Origin: Takakia lepidozioides
Taxonomy: Eukaryota > Plantae > Bryophyta
Length of the DNA stretch: 64,000 nt
Direction of reading: 5' to 3'
Assembly (NCBI GenBank): GCA_030704615.1
Contig: CM060734.1
Coordinates: forward strand, 14,818,001 to 14,882,000
Shown: positions 38,801-49,540 of the stretch, piece by piece
Layout: each line of letters opens with the position of its first letter
How positions within the stretch are numbered: position 1 is the first letter of the stretch
Made by a program: the position numbers and the translations under genes
The notes under the pieces: generated by a model
What the model was told of the DNA's origin: nothing
The model's database searches: none
The model's input: the letters and a program-made list of their open reading frames with translations, nothing else

Positions 38801-40430
38801 TTGCTGACAGAAGGTTTATTCGCCCTCCCACGGATTTGGGCGTTTCCGACACTCGTAAGACCTCGCCACCATTCCCACATGGCAGCGTGACTACTCTCTT
38901 GCGGCCATCTATGACCGCTCCGGATTTGCTCAAAAAGGTCATCCCCAAAATGAGATCCACTCCATCGATCTCGCAGATGGTGAAGTTCTCACGTCCCTCC
39001 CAACTCCCCAGTTGAAGAGGAACATCAAACGCCAACCTTGTCGCCAACTGTGGTTCTCCTTTGGCAGAACGCACCTCAATAGAGGCCCCCACGTCACTTG
39101 TCGGGAGTCCCAACTTTCGCGCCGCTGCCGGCGTCATGAAGGAGTGCGACGCTCCTGTGTCCACCAACAACGACACGTTAGTTCCGGATATTATCCCATC
39201 CACGAACAATAACTGACTCCCTTTACGCAGGGCGCCAGTTTCCTGATACAACTCACAAGAATAGTTGCCTACCTTGCAAGTCCTGGCGACCACCGCTTCC
39301 ACCAAGCGACTGATGGTATCTTCCGACAGCTCCGTGGTTGCCCGAGTCATGTTCAATTGTCGAGGTTTCGTGCACTTCTTGGCCATGTGCCCGGGCTCCC
39401 CGCAATTGAAACACACTCCATCAAAGGTCGCCTTCTGTCCGCCATAAGCCGCTCCACCCGCTTTTCCTTTCGAAGCACCGGGTGCCGCCTTGACGTGTGA
39501 AGGCCCTCCCTTCGATTTCCACGTGCCATTGTCGCCGCGTGGCCTATCCCACTTCTTTTCCGGTCGGAAGGAGTCACCTTCCCGCCGGGTCTTCTTGTGG
39601 TTCAGCTCCGTACGGCCTTGTCTCTCACCCCTAGGGACATCCGAGAAACATTCAGCCCTCTCAATTGCCTCGTTCAAAGTCTTGGGTGGCTTCTCCTCCA
39701 ACTTCCGCCTGGCCCATGGGGCCAGTCCCGCCACAAAGTTGAAGACCATTTCTGGTTCTGCCATGTCCGCGACTTCGAGCAACAGCACATTGAAAGCCTG
39801 GACATACCCCCGAATGTCATCTGTTTGCTTCAAATTCCTCATCTTGTCCCGGGCAAGCCAGGACGCGTTGAGGGGCACAAACTGTCTCTTCATCAATTCC
39901 TTGAACCCACTCCAGTTCAAGGTTTCCGGGCTTGGACCTCGGTCGTGAAGGCGTTTCTGCCACCATTGTTGAGCATAGCCCCTCAAATAGGTGGGAGCCA
40001 CTTCCACCCGATCCTCGTCACTCAACTTGGCCGCCCGGAAGTACTGCTCTAGCTCCAGGAGCCAGGTGTTGAGTGCCTTCCGATTTCGGACGCCCTCGAA
40101 GGTGCCGGGTTCCTTAGGCTTCACCTTAAACTTTGCCTTAGTGGAAGTGGCATTAGCCGCCTTCAACACGTCTTTCAACGTCCCGCCAAACTGCGCCAAC
40201 AACCCTTCCCAAAAGGCTGCGGCATGGGAGGCATCTCTTGGTTTGTCGGAGCTCTCAAGGATTCCTCGGGCTCCGACTCCTCGGATTCCTCCCGCTCTTG
40301 AGCGGCCTCGTTTTCGGAAACATGCATCGCTTCCTCAAACGGCCGCCTCGGTGACACGTCCCCCATCGGGCTCACCAGGATCATCATCTTTTGGGCCGTT
40401 CCGCTTTCGCTTCGGCTTGCCCGACCCCAT
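35873..40430 (-). CDS. gag-pol polyprotein with C-terminal chromodomain (a few small frameshifts in this sequence)
   Basis: ORFs 37986..40202, 36142..38007, 35873..36145; [41 protein letters not shown]; chromodomain [10 protein letters not shown]...YLVKWKGY...SW. Confidence 0.9.
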
Positions 40431-40471
40431 GATGAGGCCAATCCCAAGGACGATCGCGTACTGAACTCTAA

Positions 40472-40483
40472 GCTCTGATACCA
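40472..40483 (-). promoter_or_regulatory. Primer-binding site, tRNA-iMet
   Basis: TGGTATCAGAGC on the minus strand 2 nt from the 5' LTR. Confidence 0.95.
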
Positions 40484-40485
40484 AG

Positions 40486-41215
40486 TGTCGCGCACCTCAC
40501 TTCGGTAAGCTCCCCCTCAAGTCATAGTTACTCGCTTTGATGCGCGCGCCTGACTCCCAACCTGGCCGCCGGGCCAACTTGGAGCTTCGGCTGCTCACCG
40601 GGGCATAACGGTCCCCCTTTGTTCTCCCAAAAAACCCTCCACCGATTTGGAACCAGCGGGAATTCCCTTTGGTAGTTGGCAGTCCGGAACAGCTCCCCAC
40701 TCTTTGGTCGCTTTCCGGCTCGCTCGCTTACTCACTAGTTTTTGGTCACCAACGGGCTTGCACCGTTCTCGGGGTTACTACTCCCTATATATACTTCTGT
40801 AGCTGTCCGCGGGGGTTTCACAACCAGCCATGCCATTTTATGGCGAACCACCACGAAAACCCTCGACTCCCAGTGATGAGTCGCGGTGAGTCTTGGCCCA
40901 CTCACCCCGGCCCCTATGGACCGTGATGAGTCCCAAGACTCCCCACGACTCCCACCACGAGGTCTCCGCCCCCATGGTGAGTCCTATGCCACCCCCACTA
41001 AGTCCCGTTAAGCTACCACCACCCCTTGTGGAGGCACCCCCACCGCAACCCGGTGTGCGGGGCTCCACCTAGTGAGTGCCTCCGCCTCCTTGAGTGCCTT
41101 GGGCACTCAAGGGTGCTTCAGCTCCCCCCCCCTACCTATCGCTGCCGCTGCCCCCACCACAGGGGCAGCCCCTCATGTGTCCCGACCCCTGCCCTCAAGG
41201 CAAAGGGCCGCGACA
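40486..41215 (-). repeat. 5' LTR (730 bp)
   Basis: TG...CA termini, adjacent PBS, followed by the TSD. Confidence 0.97.
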
Positions 41216-42367
41216 CATACACGATAATTTCCAAATTCCCATCCCACCCATCCATAAATGCTTCAAGGAAATACATCTCACGACAATCCGCTCACTCACA
41301 GCTATTATCACCAACAAACGCCAATTGGAATCCGGCACCTCAAACCCCCCCTAGGTCTCCCAGGGTACCCAGGGATACCACCCCCCCATTTCCAAAGGTC
41401 ACCGGGTGCCCATAGGGCACCCCTTCTTTTATAGGGCCCATCCCCGAAAGGGGGCAATAGCCGCAAGGCGAAGTGGCTTTTAGTTACGTCGGCTTCGGCC
41501 GGAGTCTTCTCTCTCTCTCTCCGAAGTGCATTCCGCATCCCAGGGCGCCGAACTTGTGATGTTGAGGGGCGACGTTTTCAAAAGAGAGCTGAAGTGCCCC
41601 CACCGGGGGATGTGGCACGTGGGGCATGGGCCATGTGGAGCGTCGGCTGCCTATGTGCCAATGCGAACATGTTGGAGCTCTCCACAGAGGTGGAAACAAA
41701 CCCCGACTTGACGTTCCTGAAGCTCAAGCGGTTGTAGGTGGGGAGCAAGCTGGAGGGCTCTAGCATATCTTCCAGCGCCGTAGGAGAAGACGAACTCTTT
41801 ACTTCATGATAGACCGAGAGCGGAGGAGAGCTTGAGAGAGGATGAAGGGAAAGAAGTTGCTCACCCAGCTTTGAGAAACTAGGTGGCCTACGACAGCACC
41901 ACCAGGAAGAGGGGGAGTTTGTTCTCGTGCCTCATGGGGAGGCGCCTTCAGAGGGGAGCAAAGAGAGGGGGATGCAGACAGCCGGCCCTGCACAAAACAG
42001 CAGTTTGCTTCGGAGTCGGGGAAGATGCCGGAACTGAAGAAGCGACATCGGAGGGTTTGTTGCCTTCCCCAAGACCTGCATTGACGGGCGCAGACGACCA
42101 AAGCAAGGAAGCGCTGGTGAGCTCTCCCCTCTTCATCTCCTCATTGTTTCATTGGTTTCTTTGTTAAGCTTTCCTTTTTGAGCGCAATCGTTCCCTTCGC
42201 ATGCAGGTGTCCGGGAAGGAGCAACCTGTGATGGAGAAGGGGAGGAAGAGAGACGGCGAGGGATCGGCAGGCTCGCAACATGCTGCAATAGAGGTATGGT
42301 TCGTGCCCATTCTCTGCTTTTTGAACCCTATCTCGCGCTTTGAAGACAGTGTTGTAATCGGCAATCC

Positions 42368-43994
42368 ATGCTTGCATCAACATAAGCACTGAGCAGGCTG
42401 TCCTGTAGCCTGCTCATGAGAGCTTGCTTCGCAGATGCAGAACGTAAGGTATGTGAATGGAGAGTATATGCACGTCCTCCACATCATGCTTGCGTTGACG
42501 CAAGCATGTTTTGGAGGACGACAACGAAGATGAGAAGGGGGTGGAAGAAGCTCCAGATTGCAGGAGGGAACATGCTTACGTTAACGTAAGCTGCATGTTT
42601 CAGATGGGTTTCAGAGAGATTGAAGGATGTGAGTTTTGTGCGAGTCCTGTTGTACTCTGTGGCAAAAAGATGATTGCGTCAACGCAATCATCTTTTGAAG
42701 GGCGTTCCTTCATAACATGAGACAGGCTAGTGAGCGAGGTTTCTGGCAAGGCACAAAACAGTTCTCATAAACCATTGGCAGTGCATGATCACTTGCTTTC
42801 CCAGAAGGAGGAGGGCCTCACTTTCTTCATTTTGAGCTGTCTGTCCCGTGCTTGCGTTAACACAAGGATATTTTTTGTGTGGTCTTTGTTTGCAGAAAAA
42901 GAGAAAGGGGAAGGAGCCTGAAGTAGTTCCATCTAACCAGGCTGCGGAAGACGACGATCTGGATTACGAGCTCAGAGTCAAAGATATCATGTCACCGGCA
43001 AAAATGCACTCCGCCCAGGTCATCCGGGCTATGATGGTCATGGAGAGGAACCTCATGATCCCCCTTTGCAGAATGATATCCATGCCAGTAGTTCGTCCTG
43101 CACTCACTCCAGACATAAGAAAGCTGCATGGGGGATTTTGTACATGGATACCGCTTTGGCACCTAGGTTTTCTATGTTTCTTTGGGAGACACGAACGGGA
43201 ATGAGAGGATGGTAGACGAAAATAAGGGATCGGTGGGACGATTGCTGGAAAGAAGTGAATGTGGCCGCATTCAAGGAGCAGCTGTTAAGGAGTCTGGAGC
43301 TATAGGTTTTCAAAGACAAGATGTTCTTCGTCTGGGACGGGAATCATAGACTTCTGGCATGGCTGGATTACATAGAAACTATGCATCAGGACGAAAAGGA
43401 CTGGCACTACTCGGTTGCAGCCTGCGTTCTGGGTCCAAAGGGAAACATTACCCAGCTGTTGACAGCTATGCATGACATAAACAAGTGAGTGAACATTGAC
43501 TAAGAATATGTTTTGCACTTGCTGAAGTTCCAACATTCTTTCTTTTCTTGATATATTTTACCTTCTCATCTTGTTCCATTCACAGTGGGATCTTTTTGCA
43601 GGGCAATAGAGACATCACATGTGACCACGAATGTGGTGCAGGATGCAGAAGCTGGGGAAGATGCCCCTGTCAAGTTTTAAGAACGTCTTTTTGGCGGAGG
43701 CATTTGAGAAGTGCGAGAGCTCCAAGAAGGCCGACACATGGTACACACTCACCAGGGACGCATTCCTGGAGTATATGTATGCGGCACGAATTATCTCTAT
43801 CCTCCCAAATGGCTTTGCTGTGCTGCTTAGGATGATGCTTGCGTTGATGCAAGCATCATCCCAGGCCTCCTCTGAGGTTCTAAGTTTGCACAGATTCTCA
43901 CACATGAGTCTTGGTTTCTGCAAGTCAGACTTCTCTAATCCTCCAATTTGTTATGCTATGCTGCTGGAGATGATGCTTGTGTTAACGCAAGCAT
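42368..43994. repeat. Seven dispersed copies of a 22-bp palindrome, consensus ATGCTTGCGTTAACGCAAGCAT
   Basis: Copies start at 42368, 42486, 42572, 42670, 42848, 43835 and 43973; 1-5 mismatches each; all outside the predicted exons. Confidence 0.9.
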
Positions 43995-44181
43995 CAGCAC
44001 TGGGCTGGAATGAAGTTGCATGTTTGCTTTCTCCTGATACAGATGTGTTTTGGTTTTGCAGCAAGAGATTGCTGAGGCCGGGGAGTAGGGGAAGGCGGAG
44101 TACTACGGCAGCACCACAGAGATCGACCGCACAGCAAGGGGGATGGAGCTGGCCATCAAGGGGAAATGGACAGGAATGCTA
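42896..44181 (+). pseudogene. ParB/Sulfiredoxin-like domain gene, copy B (multi-exon; further small upstream exons probable at about 41930-42445)
   Basis: Exon 42896-43484: IPLCRMISMPVVRPALTPDIRKL...GYRFG..FYVS...KMFFVWDGNHRLLAWLDYI..H.DEKDWHYSV...LLTAMHDIN. Further exons from 43602 and 44062. Stops and frameshifts present; cut by the TIR element at 44182. Confidence 0.75.
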
Positions 44182-44863
44182 TTCCGTGAGCCTAGATATG
44201 TGAGCTTGAGAGCTGTGAGCTTGTATTCGTGAGCATAGGCTCACGAATAGGAAAACCCCCTATTCCTGCGGATTACATACTGAATACCGGAAGACCTATA
44301 ACCGTGTAGCCTTACGACAGAAGAGCCCCCTATTCCCGCGGACATTTTTTGAGTGACATAAGAGGTCTAACCACAACTGTGCACCTTGAGATGATTGTAG
44401 ACAATTCCTACAAGGGCAGGATGTTGCTCAATGGAGGAGGCCATGACCATCTCAATGAAATGAGTTGGAACATTCTTCATGCGATAGGTGCCCAATATGC
44501 GAGATGGAAACGATACTGCCTCGAAAGGAAGTTCTGTTGACTTAACACCAGTAGGTGGTTAAGGCAAAATGGTCATCGGTCCCGAAGCCTGAGTAGAACT
44601 ATCAGGTGCAGCCACTGCAGGTTGTGGAACAGGCGCATAGGGTTTAAGATGAACATGTTAAAGAAAACTGGGGTTTGCCCATTTAGTGTATGCACAGGTT
44701 TAGGGAAGCTCTAGTCTCAGACATGACAACATGAATCTCAGACAACAGTGCCCTCAGTGTGTTCATTTTGGGTATAAGAAGGCGCGAACAGGTTTTCATG
44801 GCGAAATGTATCTCAGATAACAGTGGTTTTTTTTTCTAATGTTTATTTATTTTTTCAAATACA

Positions 44864-45360
44864 AAACAGGGGACACTGACCCTCAGATTTCGTATACGCC
44901 GGCGCATACCCCTTTTCATAAAATAAAATAAAATTTGGATTTCATTTTTTTTTAATTCATTTTTTTATTTTTCACAAAACAGGGGACAGTAGCTCTCAGA
45001 TTTCGTATGCACCTGCGCATACCCATTTTCATAAAATAAAATAAAATTCGGATTTTCAGTTTTTTTCTTAAATTTACAAAACAGGGGAGAGTGGCCCTCA
45101 GATTTCGTATGTCCAGTTTTCATAAAATAAAATAAAATTCGGATTTTCAGTTTTTTTTTTAATTCCCAAAACAAGGGACAGTGGCCCTCAGATTTCGTAT
45201 GCGCCCGCGCATACCCGTTTTCATAAAATAAAATAAAATTCAGATTTCAGTTTTTGTTTTAAACTTATTTACAAAACAGGGAAGAGTGGCTCTCATATTT
45301 CGTATGTGCCGGCGCATACCTGTCTTCATAAAATAAAAATAAAATAAAATTCCATAATTT
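44864..45360. repeat. Tandem repeat, ~105-120 bp unit, about 4.5 copies
   Basis: AAACAGGGGA..GTGGCCCTCAGATTTCGTATG...TTTCATAAAATAAAATAAAATTCGGATTT repeated. Confidence 0.9.
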
Positions 45361-45599
45361 CTGTTGGGCCAAATCTGGAATCCGGATTTTATTTTATAAA
45401 TAAAGTACAATTCCATAATTATTTTTTCATAAACTAATAATAAAAATAAATTAATCCAGGGCCTCTGTGCAGCCTGATTCTGGCGCTATGGGTTTGTTCC
45501 CCTTCAGCTACCGGACTTGACCATATCTGGGGAATGTAGTCGGTAGAAGGGCTTGGCAGAGAAGACGGAATCTTTCTAAGAGGACGCCACAGACCCAGA

Positions 45600-46160
45600 C
45601 CTCCAAGACTTTCATCCAACCACTCAGGCACACCGTTACGCCCAACGTACGCTCGCGTAAGACTCAAAAGCCACCACCCTCACTGCCACGGCAATGAGGT
45701 CACACTGCCTCGTCTCAGTCGGGAGCCTCCTTCTTTCCCTGATAAATGGCCCACCAAAAGGAATGGGAAAATAGTCCGTCGCGTTCCTCCAAGTCTTGAA
45801 CACGACTGCAAAATGGAATATGCAAGAATGCTCATTGCTTGAGTGACTCGTTTCATGGACGTTCCTCCACTGGGATATGGACGGGTATACACGATTGTCA
45901 CATCCGGATCTATTTTGTAGGATGAGACATATGACATCATTGTGGGAAACTTTCATAATTGTAGCTATCCATATTTCACTTGTATGCTATCTGCTTGTTT
46001 TAGCAAGAGAGAAAAATGAGTCCCCTGCACACATTTGTATTACAGTCTTTTGATCAGGATGATACGTGACCCCAAACGTGATGAATATATCACCAAGTCA
46101 CACTATCCTACACTGAGGTTATTACTCTTCTCGAGCGGGATGTCGATACTGGACATAAAG
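45600..46160 (+). pseudogene. C-terminal SWIM fragment of the MULE transposase family
   Basis: PTKRNGKIVRR..GYGRVYTIVTS..YDIIVGNFHNCSYPYF..ML..K.VPCTHLYY matches the 28462-28900 translation. Confidence 0.8.
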
Positions 46161-47059
46161 TATGAGCATTTGGCTGTTTGAAGAGGTTGCTTAAAACTCA
46201 CATACATTCTTGTATGCTGCCATTCCCATTGTATTGTACAAGATCAATGTCAGTTTGAATTTTATTCCAATATTCTGTATTCTTCTTTGTTCTCCAAAAT
46301 GTCCCAAATACATCCACGGTTACAGGGGGCCCTATCCACGGGAATAGGTACAGCTACAAGTTTATGACGTGGCATGAGCCCAGAAATCAGCCACGTGGGC
46401 AAGCCTGAGCCTAGGCTCACAAGCTCACGGTCTAGGATCACGGCCTAGCGTCATCCCGCCGAGCTTTAGGATTCTTTGATCTCCTGAATCTCTCCACAAA
46501 ATGGGTAACATGCTTGGGGAACTCAACAATAGGCCATAGTTTTAGTTGTAACTCAACTGTATCCCAACCCTCCACCATGTTCAATCAAAGACAACCCCCC
46601 CATCAATGACAGGCCTATTCAACCTACCCTTATCTTTTATGGGGCGCCCACTATATTTGCACTTATAGGGATTTCTTTGTTTGCCTCCATCCTCAATTCA
46701 AAGCTCAGCCTCTCTCTCCATTATCATCTCCTTCCACTTAGTTGGCATGTACCAAAAATGAATTCGTCCCCTTTCTTAGGCTTATACCAAAAAACCTTTA
46801 TACCATCTTCAGGGGGACAATGTGAGGCCTCTTTGCAACCTTCGCCATTGCTAATTATGCCAATTCAAGCATACACAACAAGAATGCAGACAACAGTGAG
46901 GATAATATGGGAAGATGAGAACAAAAACATCGGATCGCTTCTTTTCTCTTGCGGAGGATAGACTTCTTGAGGAAGACACCAGCGTGGGATCACACATGCG
47001 GGACTCGAAAAAGCGGCAGGAGAGCAGCCACATGGAGAAATTCGACAACATAGAGATCA

Positions 47060-47450
47060 GTGAAAAGGACACAAAGGGGAGATTTGACATAAGGGGAGCA
47101 GACATCAGGGAAGCTCAACGTAAGGGGAGCAGACATGTGGGGAGATCTGGCAAAAATGGAACAAACATACAGAGGATCTGACAAGTCGAGGAATCAGTGT
47201 GGGAGAGCAGCCATGTGGAGGGGGATCTGATTGGAGGGGAGCAGACATATGGGGGATTTGACACATTGGGGATCGGACAGAAGGGGAGTAGACACGTGGG
47301 AGAAGCAAACATGTGGGGGATCAGATAGAAGGGGAGCAGACATGTGGGAGGATCTGACTGGAGGGGAACAGACACATGGAGGATCTTACACGTGGAGGGA
47401 TCGGTGTGTGTGGGGGGTTCTGATAGGAGGGGTGGAACAGATACATGGTG
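47060..47450. repeat. Degenerate minisatellite (GGGGAGCAGACATGTGGGAGATCTGAC-like core, ~30-40 bp period)
   Basis: About 10 imperfect recurrences of GGAGCAGACA and GATCTGA. Confidence 0.8.
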
Positions 47451-48279
47451 GGACTAGGAGGGGAGGGAGAGCATAAATTCATGCAAGGAGCAAAAAGAAA
47501 TCCCTACAAATGCATGCATTATGAGCTGCCTGTTATACAGATAGCCATCTTGGAATCTGTACAGTCCATGGGAAGAATCATATCAGTTTATGTTTACAAA
47601 AGAAAGTTGGTATCGCATTCTAAACTTGCAAGGTTGGTAATCACTAAGCATCAATGTACATGTTTGAAGAAATGATCGTTTTCATGACCACATTAGCTAC
47701 ACATCACTCTTCAAATATTGAAATGTAGTAGTGAAATACTAGCTAGTTCATTACCGGTTCACTACAGCTACACTACATCATCTCCTTGCACTACCATTTT
47801 GAAAAACTCCACCCTGCATTGCAAGGTTAGGGTATTGTCCTCTTCGATTCAACTTCTAATAAGACATTAAAACGAAAAAACCCCCATGTTAGTATGCGAC
47901 GAGTATGGAAGTCGTTGCGCGTATGAGAAGACCAAATGCCATAGACACCATCGCAATCGGAGCTCCTCCCAAATGCATCCATTGCCAAGGAAGGTTGAGA
48001 AAAAAAGATGATAATGACTCTGAGGATGAGGTTGCTGCTCCCCTCACATGAGTGAAGGATGGCAGGCACTGGAAGACCCAGAAGGGCCTGTGACCTCTTT
48101 TCAGTAGATAGGTGTCAGTGGTACATACTCCAGAAGGAAGGTCCTCCGAGATGCATAAGGTGTTCAATAGTTCCGGTCACGTACTTCACAATGAGCTCTG
48201 CGAAATCCATGAGAGGTCCCTGCGGTCATGAGAGTAGTTTGATTTCTTTTCCTGTCGCTCTTCACAGTCTGCCGCACTA

Positions 48280-49540
48280 AACTTCAATAAAAATGGCCAC
48301 AACTACATGCATACCAACGATGTGGAACTCATTCGCAAAACAGAACACCTCTGGATGGTAGTCCATCAAAAACCATATGTGCCATCGTCTCGTTTGATAT
48401 CGCGTGGGATGGCGAGAGGTATGACCTATGAGCAAATTGGATTGAAAATGAATTGGGCGATGTACGCCGAATATACGAACACAGAACAGCGTCGCAGGAA
48501 GGCTCAGTCAGAAGCCCTATCGCTTCTGAGTATTGGAGATGATGGTGTCGATTGTGAAATGGAAGCGAAATCTGAGAAACCTGCAGGTAGCGTGTGAACT
48601 TTGAGCAAACGAGAAAATATCTAAAAGCTGAGCTTTAGGGTTAACATTTGCTCTCACTTACGTCATTCTGTTGGTATCATGGTGACTTACTTCAATTGCG
48701 TGCTACTGCAGGTGCTATTACACAAGGTATTCCACAGGCTGTTCCACAGAGCCTTCAAGACTATGTTGCTTTGACAGAGAAAATTTTAGATGCCGCAGAT
48801 GAGAAGATTGTTGTGATCAAGCAACTCAAAGAAGATACCCACTTGGCTGCGATCAAAGCGCATAGCCTTATGGAGGACAAGAATCACCACCTAAGTATAG
48901 CGCAGGCAATATTAAGGGGTTGCTTGATGAGTTCGAGAGCGTGTTATGTGATGAATCGACATCTGAAGGAGAGAGACTTTACAGAAAAATTCTCAAAAGA
49001 GTGTTGTTGAGACCTTCCAAGGCCTTGCAAGTGAGGGCAACCTAGAGCACGAACGTGTCAGTAAGTCAGCATATGATGTGGGTCATAGATTGCTTAGAAT
49101 CGAGGAAAATCTTTCATTTGCTCAACGACACCACGAAGCGGCTTTAGCGGTCATAAAAAAGGTGCAGAAGGGGATCATTAACTCTAACCTGAGCATACCT
49201 CTGCCATCAACGGCCATTGAAGGTAATGAAGCTCAAGTTCAGACTTGTTTGTGGGTTGCTAATTGCCCTTTCTGTGGGATAGGATTTGAGCCACAGTGGG
49301 CAGGGTTCATTGCAAGCTGCAAGCATATTTACCACCCTGGGTGCGCACACATCCACTTCAGTACCTCCACGAAAATGTATCCTATGTTTTTGTGAAGAGG
49401 AGATGCATGGCAGTTGGTGGGAATGTGTTGGCCTACAAAAACCTGCTCTACTGGCTGCTTCCATAGGAGATCGCCCTCACCTTCGCATGAGCCACTTTCA
49501 GAGTAAACCTGCCGAAGTGAATCGCTCCCTTTACATTCTT
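48280..49540 (+). pseudogene. Coiled-coil + RING-like protein gene B (decayed; probably transposon cargo)
   Basis: KNGHNY...LWMVVHQ...MNWAMYAEYTN, a helical region, then CPFC...SCKHIYHPGC...KC..C.C...HGSWW; probable intron at about 48587-48711; frameshifts. Confidence 0.6.

Larger units (their letters stand above)
34242..41215 (-). mobile_element. Complete Ty3/Gypsy chromovirus (Galadriel-like), 6974 bp
   Basis: Two LTRs, 5-bp TSD CATAC (34237-34241, 41216-41220), iMet PBS, PPT, gag-PR-RT-RH-IN-chromodomain order. RH motif [15 protein letters not shown] resembles the Galadriel clade. Confidence 0.97.
32414..41467 (+). mobile_element. 5'-truncated Dualen/RandI-like non-LTR retrotransposon (RNase H, CCHC, RLE), split by the chromovirus
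   Basis: RNase H YTDGS, ILRAELMAI, IFADS, KVRSHTGIHGNDEAD; CPLC..DTWPHLLSQC..RHN; PDILLV..FIEF..KRQKY. The frame resumes across the LTR insertion (SINAI|HDNFQIP...) to a stop at 41354. 8-bp direct repeat GCGAAGTG at 32406-32413 and 41468-41475. Confidence 0.8.
44182..46445 (+). mobile_element. Non-autonomous TIR element derived from the GCM-MULE-SWIM family
   Basis: Left end TTCCGTGAGCCTAGATATGTGAGCTTGAGAGC versus right end (reverse complement) GGCCGTGATCCTAGACCGTGAGCTTGTGAGC; mirrored subterminal CCTATTCCYGYGGA; flanked by TA; internal SWIM remnant. Confidence 0.8.

Noticed and set aside
34253-41415. Numerous short antisense and LTR-internal ORFs
   Set aside because: These are shadow ORFs of GC-rich gag-pol and LTR sequence with no recognisable motifs.
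41355-41480. HDV-like ribozyme (GGCGAA resembling J4/2)
   Set aside because: A P1-like pairing is possible, but no proper P3/L3/P1.1 could be built, and the location is 3' rather than 5'.
42368-42869. CRISPR array (palindromic repeats with unique spacers)
   Set aside because: Spacing is irregular (86-178 bp), repeats are degenerate, no cas genes are present, and the context is eukaryotic and intronic.
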